A stretch of DNA of 64,000 bases from an uncultured delta proteobacterium (GTDB taxonomy: Bacteria; Myxococcota_A; Polyangia; Polyangiales; Polyangiaceae). Shown here in pieces: positions 29,988 through 39,411 of this stretch. How positions within the stretch are numbered: position 1 is the first letter of the stretch; every line of letters begins with the position of its first letter. The stretch is from assembly GCA_963841435.1 (NCBI GenBank), contig CAWJCS010000003.1, positions 1,216,001-1,280,000 of the forward strand, written 5' to 3'. The notes under the pieces are model-generated. The model saw nothing but the letters and a program-made list of their open reading frames with translations. It did not search any database and was not told the origin of the DNA. Made by a program: the position numbers and the translations under genes.

Positions 29988-31682
29988 TCAGGACGTAGCG
30001 AGGAGCTCGAGCAGCGGCGGCACGCTCACGAGCAGCTCGTGCGTCGCCATGCGATCAACGACGAGGAGCAGGGCGCCGTGCGCGCTCGCACGGACCGTCG
30101 CGGGGGCCTGGTCGTGGGACAGGACCGCCGAGGCGAATAGCAGATCCCCGACGGTGAGCTCGCCGCTCACGACACCGTCCCGCACGAGCTCCATGTGCCC
30201 CCCGCCCACGACGAACAGCCCTGGAACGGCCTCCCCCTGCTCGATGACCGTTTCGCCGGGCGCGAGATAACGCACCTCGGCGCGTTCGGTCACCATGGCC
30301 CGCATGCCGTCGTCGAGCCGCTCGCCGAGCGGCCCCATCGCCGAGCCAGCGAGGGCCTGGTAGCGATCGGCGACCGCGCGAAGCTCCTCGGCGACCCAGG
30401 GGCACGTCTCGAGCAGGTGCGCGAAATCCTCGGGCTGCCACACGGCGACTTCGGCGCCCTTCAACTCGGCCACGGCGCGGAGCGACACCCCTTCCGAGAG
30501 GTTGCCCTGCGAGAAGATGGGCTCGCCCTCGCGGGCGCGGCCGCAAACGCCCTCCGCGATCGTCGGCATCACGAGCACGCTGCCTCGAGTCACGAGCGCC
30601 AGCCCGAAGTCGCTGACCTCCTGGTCGGGACCGAGGGACTCGACACGCGCCTTCGCGGCGAGCTCCTTCTGGGTTTCGGTGGGCAGATCCTCGAGGCCGC
30701 GACAAGCCTCGAGCAGTGCGGGCTCGATACCGAGCGAGGCGGGCGGCGCGACGGACGGCTTGTCAATTTCCGGGGGAACGGACGGCGGAGCGGGCGGCGG
30801 CTCGCTCGCCACCGCCGCGGGGGCGGGCATCCCGAACAGCGGCGGCAAGTCGATCTTGGACGTGACGAGATCCGGATCGGGAGCATCGCCGTGCGGCGAG
30901 CTGGGAGGCAGGCCGAGCGCCGGCGACGTAGGCGGCTCCGAGCTCTGCGGCGGCGGCTCGGGCGCCACGATGCGCAGCTGCGGGCGGCCGCGCCGGCTCG
31001 AGGGGCGGGGCTCTTCGTCGGCTGTGGCCCCGCCCGAAGGCGGCTTGCTCGAGCGCGGCTCGGGCAGCGGCAAGCGTGGAATCGGCGGGGGCGGCAGCTT
31101 GAAGGGTTGCCCTTCGGGGGGACGGAGCGTCGCCATGTCGGGGGCATCGCTGTCGAACCGCGGTCGCTCGCGCTCCACCGGCTCCGGCGCCGGCTCGGGC
31201 TCTGCTGCGCCCCGGCCATCGTCGATGAAATCGACGTCGATGGCCTCGATATCCTCGACATCCTGGACGTCGGGGAGGTCCTCGATGTCCGTGTCGTCGA
31301 GCGGCTCTGAAAAATGCTGCGCGTCATGCGCTTCGGCCTCGATGGCATCGATGAGGCTCTGGGTGGGCGCCTCGAGGCGCACGGCCTCGATCGCCGGGGC
31401 GTCGCTCGCGAGCAGCGCATCGACGCCGTCGTCCTCGTCGGGGGCGGGCCCGACGGCACCCCGCTCGATCCACCCCTCGACGGCGCGGGCCCCCCGCTCG
31501 AGGTCGGCGGCGCGACCGAACTCGCCCGACTCCACGGCCGCTTGAGCCGCTCGCCGCAGCCACACCACCGCATCCGCGTGCCCGCCGCGCTCCCACTGGA
31601 CCAGTGCGGTCTGGAGCGCCCAGGCCACGTCGTCGTCGTCGTCGTCGAGCGCCTTGGGGAAGGCGGGCGGCTCCGCGCTCAT
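29988..31682 (-). CDS. cyclic-nucleotide-binding (Crp-like) domain protein with acidic/Pro-rich linker
   Basis: LAPGETVIEQGEAVPGLFVVGGG..ATVRA; a second degenerate cNMP-like repeat upstream. Confidence 0.72.
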   Translation of the reverse strand: MSAEPPAFPKALDDDDDDVAWALQTALVQWERGGHADAVVWLRRAAQAAVESGEFGRAADLERGARAVEGWIERGAVGPAPDEDDGVDALLASDAPAIEAVRLEAPTQSLIDAIEAEAHDAQHFSEPLDDTDIEDLPDVQDVEDIEAIDVDFIDDGRGAAEPEPAPEPVERERPRFDSDAPDMATLRPPEGQPFKLPPPPIPRLPLPEPRSSKPPSGGATADEEPRPSSRRGRPQLRIVAPEPPPQSSEPPTSPALGLPPSSPHGDAPDPDLVTSKIDLPPLFGMPAPAAVASEPPPAPPSVPPEIDKPSVAPPASLGIEPALLEACRGLEDLPTETQKELAAKARVESLGPDQEVSDFGLALVTRGSVLVMPTIAEGVCGRAREGEPIFSQGNLSEGVSLRAVAELKGAEVAVWQPEDFAHLLETCPWVAEELRAVADRYQALAGSAMGPLGERLDDGMRAMVTERAEVRYLAPGETVIEQGEAVPGLFVVGGGHMELVRDGVVSGELTVGDLLFASAVLSHDQAPATVRASAHGALLLVVDRMATHELLVSVPPLLELLATS

Positions 31683-31735
31683 GGCCGGACGGGATCTAGC
31701 ACGGTCACCGGGACGGCTCCGCTAGAATTCGCCGC

Positions 31736-34414
31736 TCACGGCGGGGGAACGAGGACCTCTCGGTCCCGAGAGCCGTTTGGAGGTCCCACGAGGCCCCGTC
31801 GCTCCATCGTTTCCACGATCTTGGCGGCTCGATTGTAACCGATGGTCAGCTTGCGCTGCAGCCACGACGTGGAGCAGCGCTGCGTTTCGGCCACGATCCG
31901 CACGGCCTCGTCGAAGCGCGAGTCGAGCTCCTGCTCGTCGGCCGCGGCCGCGTCGTCGTCCTCGGACGCCTCGAGGATTGCCGCGTGGTACTCGGGCGCG
32001 CCCTGCTTGCGCAGGTGATCGGTCAACCGGGTCACCTCGTCCTCGCTCACGAAGGGGCACTGCGCGCGCCGAGTGTCGTTCGCGCCGTTGAGCTTCACGA
32101 GCATGTCGCCGCGGCCGAGCAGGAGCTCGGCGCCCTGCTCGTCGAGGATGGTCTTGCTGTCGACGCGCTGCGCCACGCGAAACGCGATGCGCGAGGGGAA
32201 GTTCGCTTTGATGGTTCCCGTGATGACGTCGACGCTCGGACGCTGCGTCGCGAGCACGACGTGCATGCCCGCCGCGCGCGCCTTCTGAGCGAGTCGCGCG
32301 ACGGCGGCCTCGACGTCTTTGCCCTGTTGCATCATCAAATCGGCGAACTCGTCGACGACGATCACGATGTACGGCAGCTTGCCGGGCATCGGTCGCCCGT
32401 CGGAGCCCTGCTTCGCAGCAGGCACGGTGACGAGCGCGCCGTCGGCCGAGAGCGCCTCGACCTCCGCGGGCAGGGGCGCCGGCAGCTCGCCGTCCTGCAC
32501 GCGCTTCACCCACCCGTTGTACGTCGTGATGTTCTTCGTGCCGGCGTTGGCGAAGAGCTGATAGCGCCGCTCCATCTCCTCGACGGCCCAGCGCAGCGCT
32601 GTCGCCGCCTGCTTCATGTCGGTGACGACCGGCAAAAGCATGTGGGGAATGCCGTCGAACGGCGCGAGCTCCACGACCTTCGGATCGATCATGAGGAGCC
32701 GGAGCTCGTCGGGCGTTCGCCGGGAAAGAAGGCTCGAAAGCATGACGTTCAAGCCGACGCTCTTGCCCGCACCCGTGGCACCGGCCACGATCACGTGGGG
32801 CATCGACGCGAGGTCGGCGTAGAAGGGCGCACCGACGATGTCGCGCCCGAGCACGACGGGCAAGGGCGCCCGCTCGGCGAGCTTTTCGAAGCGCTGGTCC
32901 TCGAGCAGCTCGCGCAGAACCACGGGCTGGCGCTCGTCGTTCGGCAGCTCGAAGCCGATCAAGCTCTTGCCGGGAATCGGCGCGATGATGCGCACCTTGC
33001 GCGAGAGACCGAGCGCGAGATCGTCGGCCAGGCTCGCAACCTTGCTGACGCGCGTGCCGGCCTCGCAGGCGACCTCGTACATCGTCACGGTGGGACCCGG
33101 CCGAACCTCCTCCACCTTGCCCGTGACGCCGTAGTCGGCGAGGGTCTTCTCGAGCCGCCGCGCGTGCCCGAAGATCGCCTCACGATCGACCTCGACGGTG
33201 CCGCTCGGCGCCGGCTCGAACAGATCGCTCGGGGGCAGCTGGAACTGTCCGCGCTTCGGCCTCGGAAGAGGAGCCGCGGGCAGAACGCGCTCCACCTCGC
33301 GCTGCGGGAGCGTATCGATGATGCGAAGCTCGGCCCCCGTGCCATCGGTGCTTGCCTTGGCGCGCGGCGCCCGCTCCGATTCGACCGGGGGCGGAGCGCT
33401 CGACGCGCCGACCTCGGTGCCCGGTGTCGGCTCGATGTTGGGCGCCGGCTCCACGGCCGTCGCCGACTTCGCCGTCTTCTGACGAGGCTCCGGGCCCCGA
33501 GTCTTGATGCGCCCGCTCCGTGCCGCGGGGGCCGCGGGCGACCCTTCGACGCGGGGCGCCGACGGCGTCTCGCCGAGCAAGGCGAGCGCCGCGGTTGGGC
33601 GGCCGTCGCGCAGAGCTTGCGACAAGGCGAGGGGCGGCGCGCCGGTGCGGTCGATGGGGATCCAGTCGGCGTCGTCTTCGGTGAGATGAAGGAGCACGGC
33701 CTCGTCGGGCTCGCTGAGGTCGATGTGAGGCTGTTGCTGCTTTCTGGCGTGGTCCCGTTCGGAACGCCGCACCGCGAGCGCCTCGCGCCAGGCCGCAGCG
33801 ATACGCGCCGACAGCGACGCGCCCCGTGCCGACAGAGCCCGCGCAAACGCGAGGAGCCTGTGGCACGCGCTGATGAACGAGAACGAGCTTCGCCCGATGA
33901 GGATCAGCCCGACGACGGTCGGCCCAATGAGAAAGGACCCCGCCGTGGAGAAGAGCTCGCGCATGAGCTCGCCGAAAAGAAGCCCGACGTTGCCAGCGGC
34001 CGGGGCATGCCCGAAGGCCTGCGCACCGGGGGCAGCGACCTGGACGAGCGCCGAGAGCACGACCAGGAGCACGAGATCGGTGGCGAGCCGAAGCCCCAGG
34101 TCGCCGGGGGACCGGCGCTGGAACAGGGGCACGGCGAGCAGGCAGAACTCGACGGGGACCAGCCAGGCGACCACGCCGAAGGCCTGCGCGAGCACGCGGC
34201 CGAGCAATGCGCCCGACGGGCCGACCCAGCTCGTCTGCCCGAAGAACGGGTCGAGCGGGTCGAAACGACAACTAGCAAGCGCGAGTACGAGGAAAGCCGC
34301 CCCGGCAGCGAGCAAGAGCGCAGCAGCTTCTCCGAGGCGGCTCGGGGGCCGATGCGTCTGGCCGGCTGGGGGGGCGGTGGCCGCACCGCGGGGCATGAAC
34401 AGCCGTGCACCCAT
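31736..34414 (-). CDS. ftsK: DNA translocase FtsK
   Basis: N-terminal TMs; AGATGAGKS, IDPKVVEL, VDEFADLM, ATQRPSVDV; gamma domain STSWLQRKLTIGYNRAA; start 34414 or 34397. Confidence 0.97.
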   Translation of the reverse strand: MGARLFMPRGAATAPPAGQTHRPPSRLGEAAALLLAAGAAFLVLALASCRFDPLDPFFGQTSWVGPSGALLGRVLAQAFGVVAWLVPVEFCLLAVPLFQRRSPGDLGLRLATDLVLLVVLSALVQVAAPGAQAFGHAPAAGNVGLLFGELMRELFSTAGSFLIGPTVVGLILIGRSSFSFISACHRLLAFARALSARGASLSARIAAAWREALAVRRSERDHARKQQQPHIDLSEPDEAVLLHLTEDDADWIPIDRTGAPPLALSQALRDGRPTAALALLGETPSAPRVEGSPAAPAARSGRIKTRGPEPRQKTAKSATAVEPAPNIEPTPGTEVGASSAPPPVESERAPRAKASTDGTGAELRIIDTLPQREVERVLPAAPLPRPKRGQFQLPPSDLFEPAPSGTVEVDREAIFGHARRLEKTLADYGVTGKVEEVRPGPTVTMYEVACEAGTRVSKVASLADDLALGLSRKVRIIAPIPGKSLIGFELPNDERQPVVLRELLEDQRFEKLAERAPLPVVLGRDIVGAPFYADLASMPHVIVAGATGAGKSVGLNVMLSSLLSRRTPDELRLLMIDPKVVELAPFDGIPHMLLPVVTDMKQAATALRWAVEEMERRYQLFANAGTKNITTYNGWVKRVQDGELPAPLPAEVEALSADGALVTVPAAKQGSDGRPMPGKLPYIVIVVDEFADLMMQQGKDVEAAVARLAQKARAAGMHVVLATQRPSVDVITGTIKANFPSRIAFRVAQRVDSKTILDEQGAELLLGRGDMLVKLNGANDTRRAQCPFVSEDEVTRLTDHLRKQGAPEYHAAILEASEDDDAAAADEQELDSRFDEAVRIVAETQRCSTSWLQRKLTIGYNRAAKIVETMERRGLVGPPNGSRDREVLVPPP

Positions 34415-34443
34415 TTGACTACCTATAACTACATTTACCTACC
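34414..34443. repeat. three phased 10-bp direct repeats (TTTGACTACC, TATAACTACA, TTTACCTACC)
   Basis: CTAC core recurs at exact 10-bp spacing in an AT-rich island abutting the ftsK start. Confidence 0.7.
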
Positions 34444-34488
34444 CAGTGGGCCAAGTTCGCGGACCCTGCATTCGCGCTTGGGCAAAGC

Positions 34489-34518
34489 TTGAGTCGATGG
34501 CGAACGGGCATGTAGACT
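34489..34518 (+). promoter_or_regulatory. sigma70-like promoter TTGAGT-18-TAGACT
   Basis: hexamers upstream of the 34559 gene. Confidence 0.4.
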
Positions 34519-34558
34519 GCTCCCTCGGCTCGGGTTCGAGGCTGAAAATGAGGGCCAA

Positions 34559-36184
34559 GTGACCGACATGACGGGGCAAACCACGAAAAATGCAAGTTGG
34601 TTGGGTGGGGTGCGCCGCGGGCCCTTCGCCCTCGCTGCTGCCGCGCTCGTGTCGCTCGCAGTCACGACGGCGGGCTGCCGCACGGATAAAGACAACGTCG
34701 AGCGCTGGGCCTCCACGGTGCAGGGCCCCAAAAAGCTCGTCGCCGTCCTAACGCACGACAAGTACCCGATCGACCTCAGGGTCGAGGCCGCACTCGCGCT
34801 CGTGCGCATGAAGCCGCGGAACGGACGCCGCGTCGGCATCGACGGCTCCGACGACGTCCCGGGGTTGATTGCCTCCCTCGCGCAGCTGCCGCCCGCGTCG
34901 AGAAACGCGATCGTTGCTCGGCTCGTGCCAGCGCTCGAAGCCGAAACGCTCCGCAAGCCGCCCGTCGTGCAGGGCGGCCAGGCGCCCCCCGATCCTTCGG
35001 TCCCGTACAAGGACGCGGCCTTTGCGCTGCTCACCAACGAGCGCGGGCGGCTCGTGAGCGATCCGGCGCTGCGTCAGCGGCTGCGGGCGGCACTCTCGCA
35101 ATGGATTTCCAACGGTTTCGCCCAACGATACGACGATTCTTCGCAGACCTACTCGATCAAGCAGATGGTGGCCGAGCTCCGCTCGGAAGCGGTCAAGTCC
35201 CTGCCCGCGCTGATCGTGCCGGGCGCCGGGAAGATCGACGCGCTGGCCGAGCTCATCGCCGACTTCGGCGATGCGTCCACCAAGCTCGCTGCGAGCGAGC
35301 GCCTCGTGACGGTGGCCAGCGAGGTCGCGTCGGAGAACTGGATCAAGCAGAAGAGCCCGGGCGTGGAGGCGGCCAACAAGGCGTCGAAGCTCAATCCGAC
35401 GCCCGAGCAGTTCCGCGCCCAGATGGAACAGTACCAGGAGGAGGAGCTGCTCCGCGTGTTCGCTTCGATGAAGCGCATCGGCGGACCGCCCGCGATCGAC
35501 TTCCTGCTCAAGTTCTCGCAAGACGCCAACCAGAGCGCGAAGCGGCGTTCCGGAGCGCTGGCAGCGCTCCAGGGCAACCTCGATCGCAGCAGCGTCGCAC
35601 ACGCCGAGGCTGTGCTCTCGGTCGCGGCTGCCGCAGAGACCCCCGATCAGGTGCGTGACGTGGCGCTGCAGCGCGTCGGTGAATTCCCGCGCCAAGTCGT
35701 GATTGAGCGGCTCTACACGCTATTTGCGAACCCGAACTGGAAGGTTCGCTGGGTGGCGGCGGAGCTCGTGCTGAAGATGAGCGACACGAGTCAGCTCGGA
35801 GAATTCTTCGATCGCATCGGGCGTATCGAGGGCATGGCCATCACCGAGCCGCTCCGCTACGGTGCGTTGGTCGCCGAGATGAAAGGGCCGAAGAAGCCGG
35901 AAGAGGTCGCGTCGAGCTACCTCACGCCGAGCCACCCCGCTCCGGCACGCCTGACGGCGCTCGGCTACTACTACAACCGAGGCACGAAAGCGGACCTCGA
36001 GCGCCTTTCGAACCTCGCTCAAGATCGCCAGCGGACGCCGACGTGCGCCAAGGACGCCAAGGACTGCGAGTGGAAGTGCGAGGTCGCCGCGGACGGGAAG
36101 CGCGAGACCAAAGACATCGACACCGTGGGGGATTTTTTCGAGTTCTGCGTGAAGCCGGCGGTGGAGAAGCGCGGCACCCCATGA
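34559..36184 (+). CDS. lipoprotein with HEAT/alpha-helical repeats and C-terminal Cys cluster
   Basis: lipobox TAGC; LRVEAALAL, VRDVALQRV, VRWVAAELV HEAT-like segments; CAKDAKDCEWKC..C. Confidence 0.65.
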   Translation: MTDMTGQTTKNASWLGGVRRGPFALAAAALVSLAVTTAGCRTDKDNVERWASTVQGPKKLVAVLTHDKYPIDLRVEAALALVRMKPRNGRRVGIDGSDDVPGLIASLAQLPPASRNAIVARLVPALEAETLRKPPVVQGGQAPPDPSVPYKDAAFALLTNERGRLVSDPALRQRLRAALSQWISNGFAQRYDDSSQTYSIKQMVAELRSEAVKSLPALIVPGAGKIDALAELIADFGDASTKLAASERLVTVASEVASENWIKQKSPGVEAANKASKLNPTPEQFRAQMEQYQEEELLRVFASMKRIGGPPAIDFLLKFSQDANQSAKRRSGALAALQGNLDRSSVAHAEAVLSVAAAAETPDQVRDVALQRVGEFPRQVVIERLYTLFANPNWKVRWVAAELVLKMSDTSQLGEFFDRIGRIEGMAITEPLRYGALVAEMKGPKKPEEVASSYLTPSHPAPARLTALGYYYNRGTKADLERLSNLAQDRQRTPTCAKDAKDCEWKCEVAADGKRETKDIDTVGDFFEFCVKPAVEKRGTP

Positions 36185-36864
36185 GCCAGGATCAGAACAA
36201 GAAGGTCACCAAGAGCTTCCAGGTACGCGACGCTCTCTGGTCGAAGTTCGAGCAGATGTCCAAGGAGCTCGAGTGCTCGGTGGACTACCTGATCAACGAC
36301 GCCATGAAGCAGTACGCGCGCCAGCGTGGCTACGGCGCGGCGCCGGTCGGGGCCAATCCCTCGCTGCCCCCGGCGCCAGCAGCGCCGCAGCCCCTCCCAC
36401 CGCCACCGCCCGTGGCCTCGGCTGGACGGATGCCGGGCGTTGCCCCGCCGCCGCCTATCCCGCCGCCCAAGCGCGGCGGTGCACCGCCGCCCCCACCGCC
36501 CACGGGCTCACGCAAGGCTCCGCCGCCGCTCGCGCCCTCGCGCAGCATGCCGCCGGCCCGAGGCGGGAGCGTTCATCCCGCGGGGATGAACCTCACTATC
36601 CACTATCAGGGCGAAACGTTCCCCGTCACGAAGGATCGCTTCATCATCGGCCGCGGCAAACAGACGAGTGATCTTACGATCAAGGATCCGAACGTTTCGC
36701 GCCAGCACGCGATGATCGAGTTCTCCGGCGGCCAGTACTACATCGTCAACATGGGCTCGACGAACGGCGTCGAGTACAATGGCCAACGCGTGCAGCGCAA
36801 AGTGATCAACGAGGGTGACACCTTCCGAGTCTGCGATCACGAGCTCAACTTCACGTACGACTGA
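36181..36864 (+). CDS. ribbon-helix-helix + Pro-rich linker + FHA domain protein
   Basis: KVTKSFQV strand and two helices (RHH pattern); FHA IGRG, VSRQH, GSTNG; ATGA overlap with upstream gene. Confidence 0.85.
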   Translation: MSQDQNKKVTKSFQVRDALWSKFEQMSKELECSVDYLINDAMKQYARQRGYGAAPVGANPSLPPAPAAPQPLPPPPPVASAGRMPGVAPPPPIPPPKRGGAPPPPPPTGSRKAPPPLAPSRSMPPARGGSVHPAGMNLTIHYQGETFPVTKDRFIIGRGKQTSDLTIKDPNVSRQHAMIEFSGGQYYIVNMGSTNGVEYNGQRVQRKVINEGDTFRVCDHELNFTYD

Positions 36865-36886
36865 GCTCCCGTGCGCCCCCCCCGGC

Positions 36887-38137
36887 GTGGTCGTCTCGTC
36901 CGCGCGGTCGCCCGGCGCGAAAGCGCGCCGTCTCGCCGGCGCGGCGTGCTTTCTCACGGCGGCGGCGCTCGTGCTCACGCCAGCGACGGCTCACGCAACG
37001 CCGTCGCCGCACAGCCTGGAGGTCGTGCGCCCCGATGAGCCCATCCGCATGCGACCGGACGCCTCCGCGCCGCGCCGCGGCGCGGCCCTGCGCGGCGCCC
37101 GGTTGCCGGAGCTCGGCAGGGCGTCGGGGCCGGGATGTGCGGGCGACTGGTACGCCGTCGGGCCCATCGCGTGGATCTGCGCCGAGGGCGTCGAGCCCTC
37201 CCGCCTGCCGCCAGGGACCGAGCTTCGGCCCACGCCGGGACCCGGCCTCCCGTTTGCCTACTATTTCGTAAAGAAGGACGGCTCGTTCGGCTACCGCAAC
37301 CTCGCGACGGCCGAGGACGGCGTCCCCGACGCTCAGTTCCTTCCGGGCTTCGGCGTCGCGCTCCGACGGATCGAGAACAAGCCGGGCGGCGATCCGTTCG
37401 GTCTCACCACTCACTCTCTTTGGGTTCCGCTGCGCGATCTCGGAGGCCCCGTGCGCGCGCCGGAACCGCTCGCCGTCGAGCTCGGCGGCGAGCCCGTCGC
37501 ATGGGTGAACGTCACGCGCGCCGCCGTCCGGCGCAAGCCCGGCGGCCAGCGGGTAGCGTGGCTCGACGCCATGACGCGCGTCGTCCCGCTCGAGACGCGC
37601 GAGATCGGCGAAAGCACGTGGCTACGCGTGGGAAACGACGCGTGGGTCGCCGCGCGCGACACCACGAGCCCGCGACCCGCCGCGCCGCCCGCGGAAACGC
37701 TGCCCGGTGAGCGCTGGATCGACGTCAACCTCGAGCGCCAGGTGCTAACGGCTTACGCTGGAGAGCTAGGCCTGTTCGCCATGCCGGTCTCCACGGGGCG
37801 CGGCCCGGCCGGCAGCGAGCTCGCAACACCCACCGGCGCGCACCGGCTCTGGGTCAAGCTCGCCTCGAGCGACATGGACAACCTCGAGAACCTCGAGGCC
37901 GAGGAGAACTACGCCATTCAGGCGGTGCCCTGGGTGATGTACTTCGACCGCGGCGTGGGCCTGCACGGTACGTTCTGGCACCACGCCTTCGGGCGCGTTC
38001 AGAGCCACGGCTGTGTCAACCTGACGCCCGGCGACGCGGCTCGCCTGTTCGCGTGGACCAGCCCTCGTCTGCCGAGCGGCTGGTCCGCCGTCCTGCCCAC
38101 CGACTACGAGCGCGGCACGCTCGTGCGCGTGCGTTGA
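36887..38137 (+). CDS. L,D-transpeptidase (YkuD) family protein
   Basis: WIDVNLERQVLTAY, VSTG..TPTG, LHGTFWH..SHGCVNL catalytic motif; start uncertain. Confidence 0.9.
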   Translation: MVVSSARSPGAKARRLAGAACFLTAAALVLTPATAHATPSPHSLEVVRPDEPIRMRPDASAPRRGAALRGARLPELGRASGPGCAGDWYAVGPIAWICAEGVEPSRLPPGTELRPTPGPGLPFAYYFVKKDGSFGYRNLATAEDGVPDAQFLPGFGVALRRIENKPGGDPFGLTTHSLWVPLRDLGGPVRAPEPLAVELGGEPVAWVNVTRAAVRRKPGGQRVAWLDAMTRVVPLETREIGESTWLRVGNDAWVAARDTTSPRPAAPPAETLPGERWIDVNLERQVLTAYAGELGLFAMPVSTGRGPAGSELATPTGAHRLWVKLASSDMDNLENLEAEENYAIQAVPWVMYFDRGVGLHGTFWHHAFGRVQSHGCVNLTPGDAARLFAWTSPRLPSGWSAVLPTDYERGTLVRVR

Positions 38138-38188
38138 AGAACGAGGCGCGCTGCGGCCCGAGCGAGCCGCGGCGGCCGGCGCCGTGCG

Positions 38189-38515
38189 CTAGACCTTTTG
38201 CTGAAGCAAGTAGGCGATGAACACCGCGAACAGCACCAGCGACTCGATGAGCGCGAGACCCAGAATCATCGGCGTCTGAATGCGCGGGGCGGCGCCGGGG
38301 TTGCGGCTGATACCTTCGAGCGCTGCCGCAGCGGCACGGCCCTGACCGAGTCCACCGCCGAGCACGGCGAGGCCGACGGCGAGGCCGGCACCGAGGGCTG
38401 CCATGGCCTGTCCGCTCCCGCTCGTCGCCGCAGAATCGGCTTGCTGCGCGAAGGCGTTCGACGTCATCAGCGTCGTCAGCGCCAGGGTGGTAAGCGGCAG
38501 GTACTTCTTCGACAT
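38189..38515 (-). CDS. atpE: ATP synthase F0 subunit c
   Basis: GxGxGxG-like helix, RNP loop, LIES with ion-binding Glu. Confidence 0.97.
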   Translation of the reverse strand: MSKKYLPLTTLALTTLMTSNAFAQQADSAATSGSGQAMAALGAGLAVGLAVLGGGLGQGRAAAAALEGISRNPGAAPRIQTPMILGLALIESLVLFAVFIAYLLQQKV

Positions 38516-38631
38516 CGTCAGGATCTCCTTGTCTCTGCTTTTCCGAAGGGAAGGCTCGAGGCCAGCGCGGCCGGCGACGGCTTTAGTGTGGTTTTGACGA
38601 GATCGCCAGTCTTTCCGTCATCCGCCGAGGA

Positions 38632-39408
38632 TCAGTGGGCGCCTTCTGTTTCGTGCTCGGTCGCGAGCGCGATGTAGACGCAGGCCAGCAAGGTGAAAAC
38701 CAGGGTCTGAACGAGGACCACCAGGATCCCGAGCAGCATCAGTGGAATCGGCACCAGAATCGCAACCAGCCCCGTGAACAGCCCGAGGATCAGGTGATCC
38801 ACGGCCATGTTGATCATGAGCCTCACCCCCAGGGTGACGGGGCGGACGCAGAGCGAGATCACCTCGATGGGAAATACGAGGGGCGCGAGCCACCACTTGG
38901 GGCCCGCGAGATGATGGATGTACGACTTCCCGTTCGTCAGCAGGCCATAGGCGTTGAAGAGCAGAAACACGATGATGCCGCTGCCGAACGTGATGTTCAG
39001 ATTGCTCGTCGCGATCGGCATGCCGGGAACGAGCGCCATCACGTTCGCGCAGAATACGAACACGGCCGAGGTGCCGATCAGCGGAAAGTAGCGCTTGGCC
39101 CGTTCCGCATCCATGACGCTCTTCGCGAGATCGTAGAAGTAGCCGAGAAAAACCTCGGCAAAGGTGCGCAGGGTCAGCCGATCCTCGGGAATGACGGCGC
39201 GTTCGCTGTCGCCGAGTCGCGAACGGACGAGCAGCGACACGACGATCACGATGACGAACACCAAAAGCGACGCCGCAAGAGGCTCGAACCGATCCCAGGT
39301 CGGGGGCACTTTGCCGAGCAGGCTCTCGCCGACGACGTTCGCGTTGTGCTCGAGGGTATCCTTGAAGTGGGCGAGGATGAGCGTGAGAAAGCTGGCGTGC
39401 TCGGGCAT
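38632..39408 (-). CDS. atpB: ATP synthase F0 subunit a
   Basis: PIEVIS..RPVTLGVRLMINM..H with essential Arg; VQTLVFTLL. Confidence 0.95.
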   Translation of the reverse strand: MPEHASFLTLILAHFKDTLEHNANVVGESLLGKVPPTWDRFEPLAASLLVFVIVIVVSLLVRSRLGDSERAVIPEDRLTLRTFAEVFLGYFYDLAKSVMDAERAKRYFPLIGTSAVFVFCANVMALVPGMPIATSNLNITFGSGIIVFLLFNAYGLLTNGKSYIHHLAGPKWWLAPLVFPIEVISLCVRPVTLGVRLMINMAVDHLILGLFTGLVAILVPIPLMLLGILVVLVQTLVFTLLACVYIALATEHETEGAH

Positions 39409-39411
39409 CGT

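Noticed and set aside
30700-31250. Pro/Ser-rich low-complexity coding segments (also 16740-16900, 36340-36560, 40170-40460)
   Set aside because: Ordinary myxobacterial-type linkers without exact nucleotide periodicity
36871-36889. C8 tract that would put GTG 36871 in frame with the L,D-transpeptidase if one C shorter (phase variation)
   Set aside because: An in-frame GTG at 36887 bypasses it; a short tract in GC-rich DNA is unremarkable
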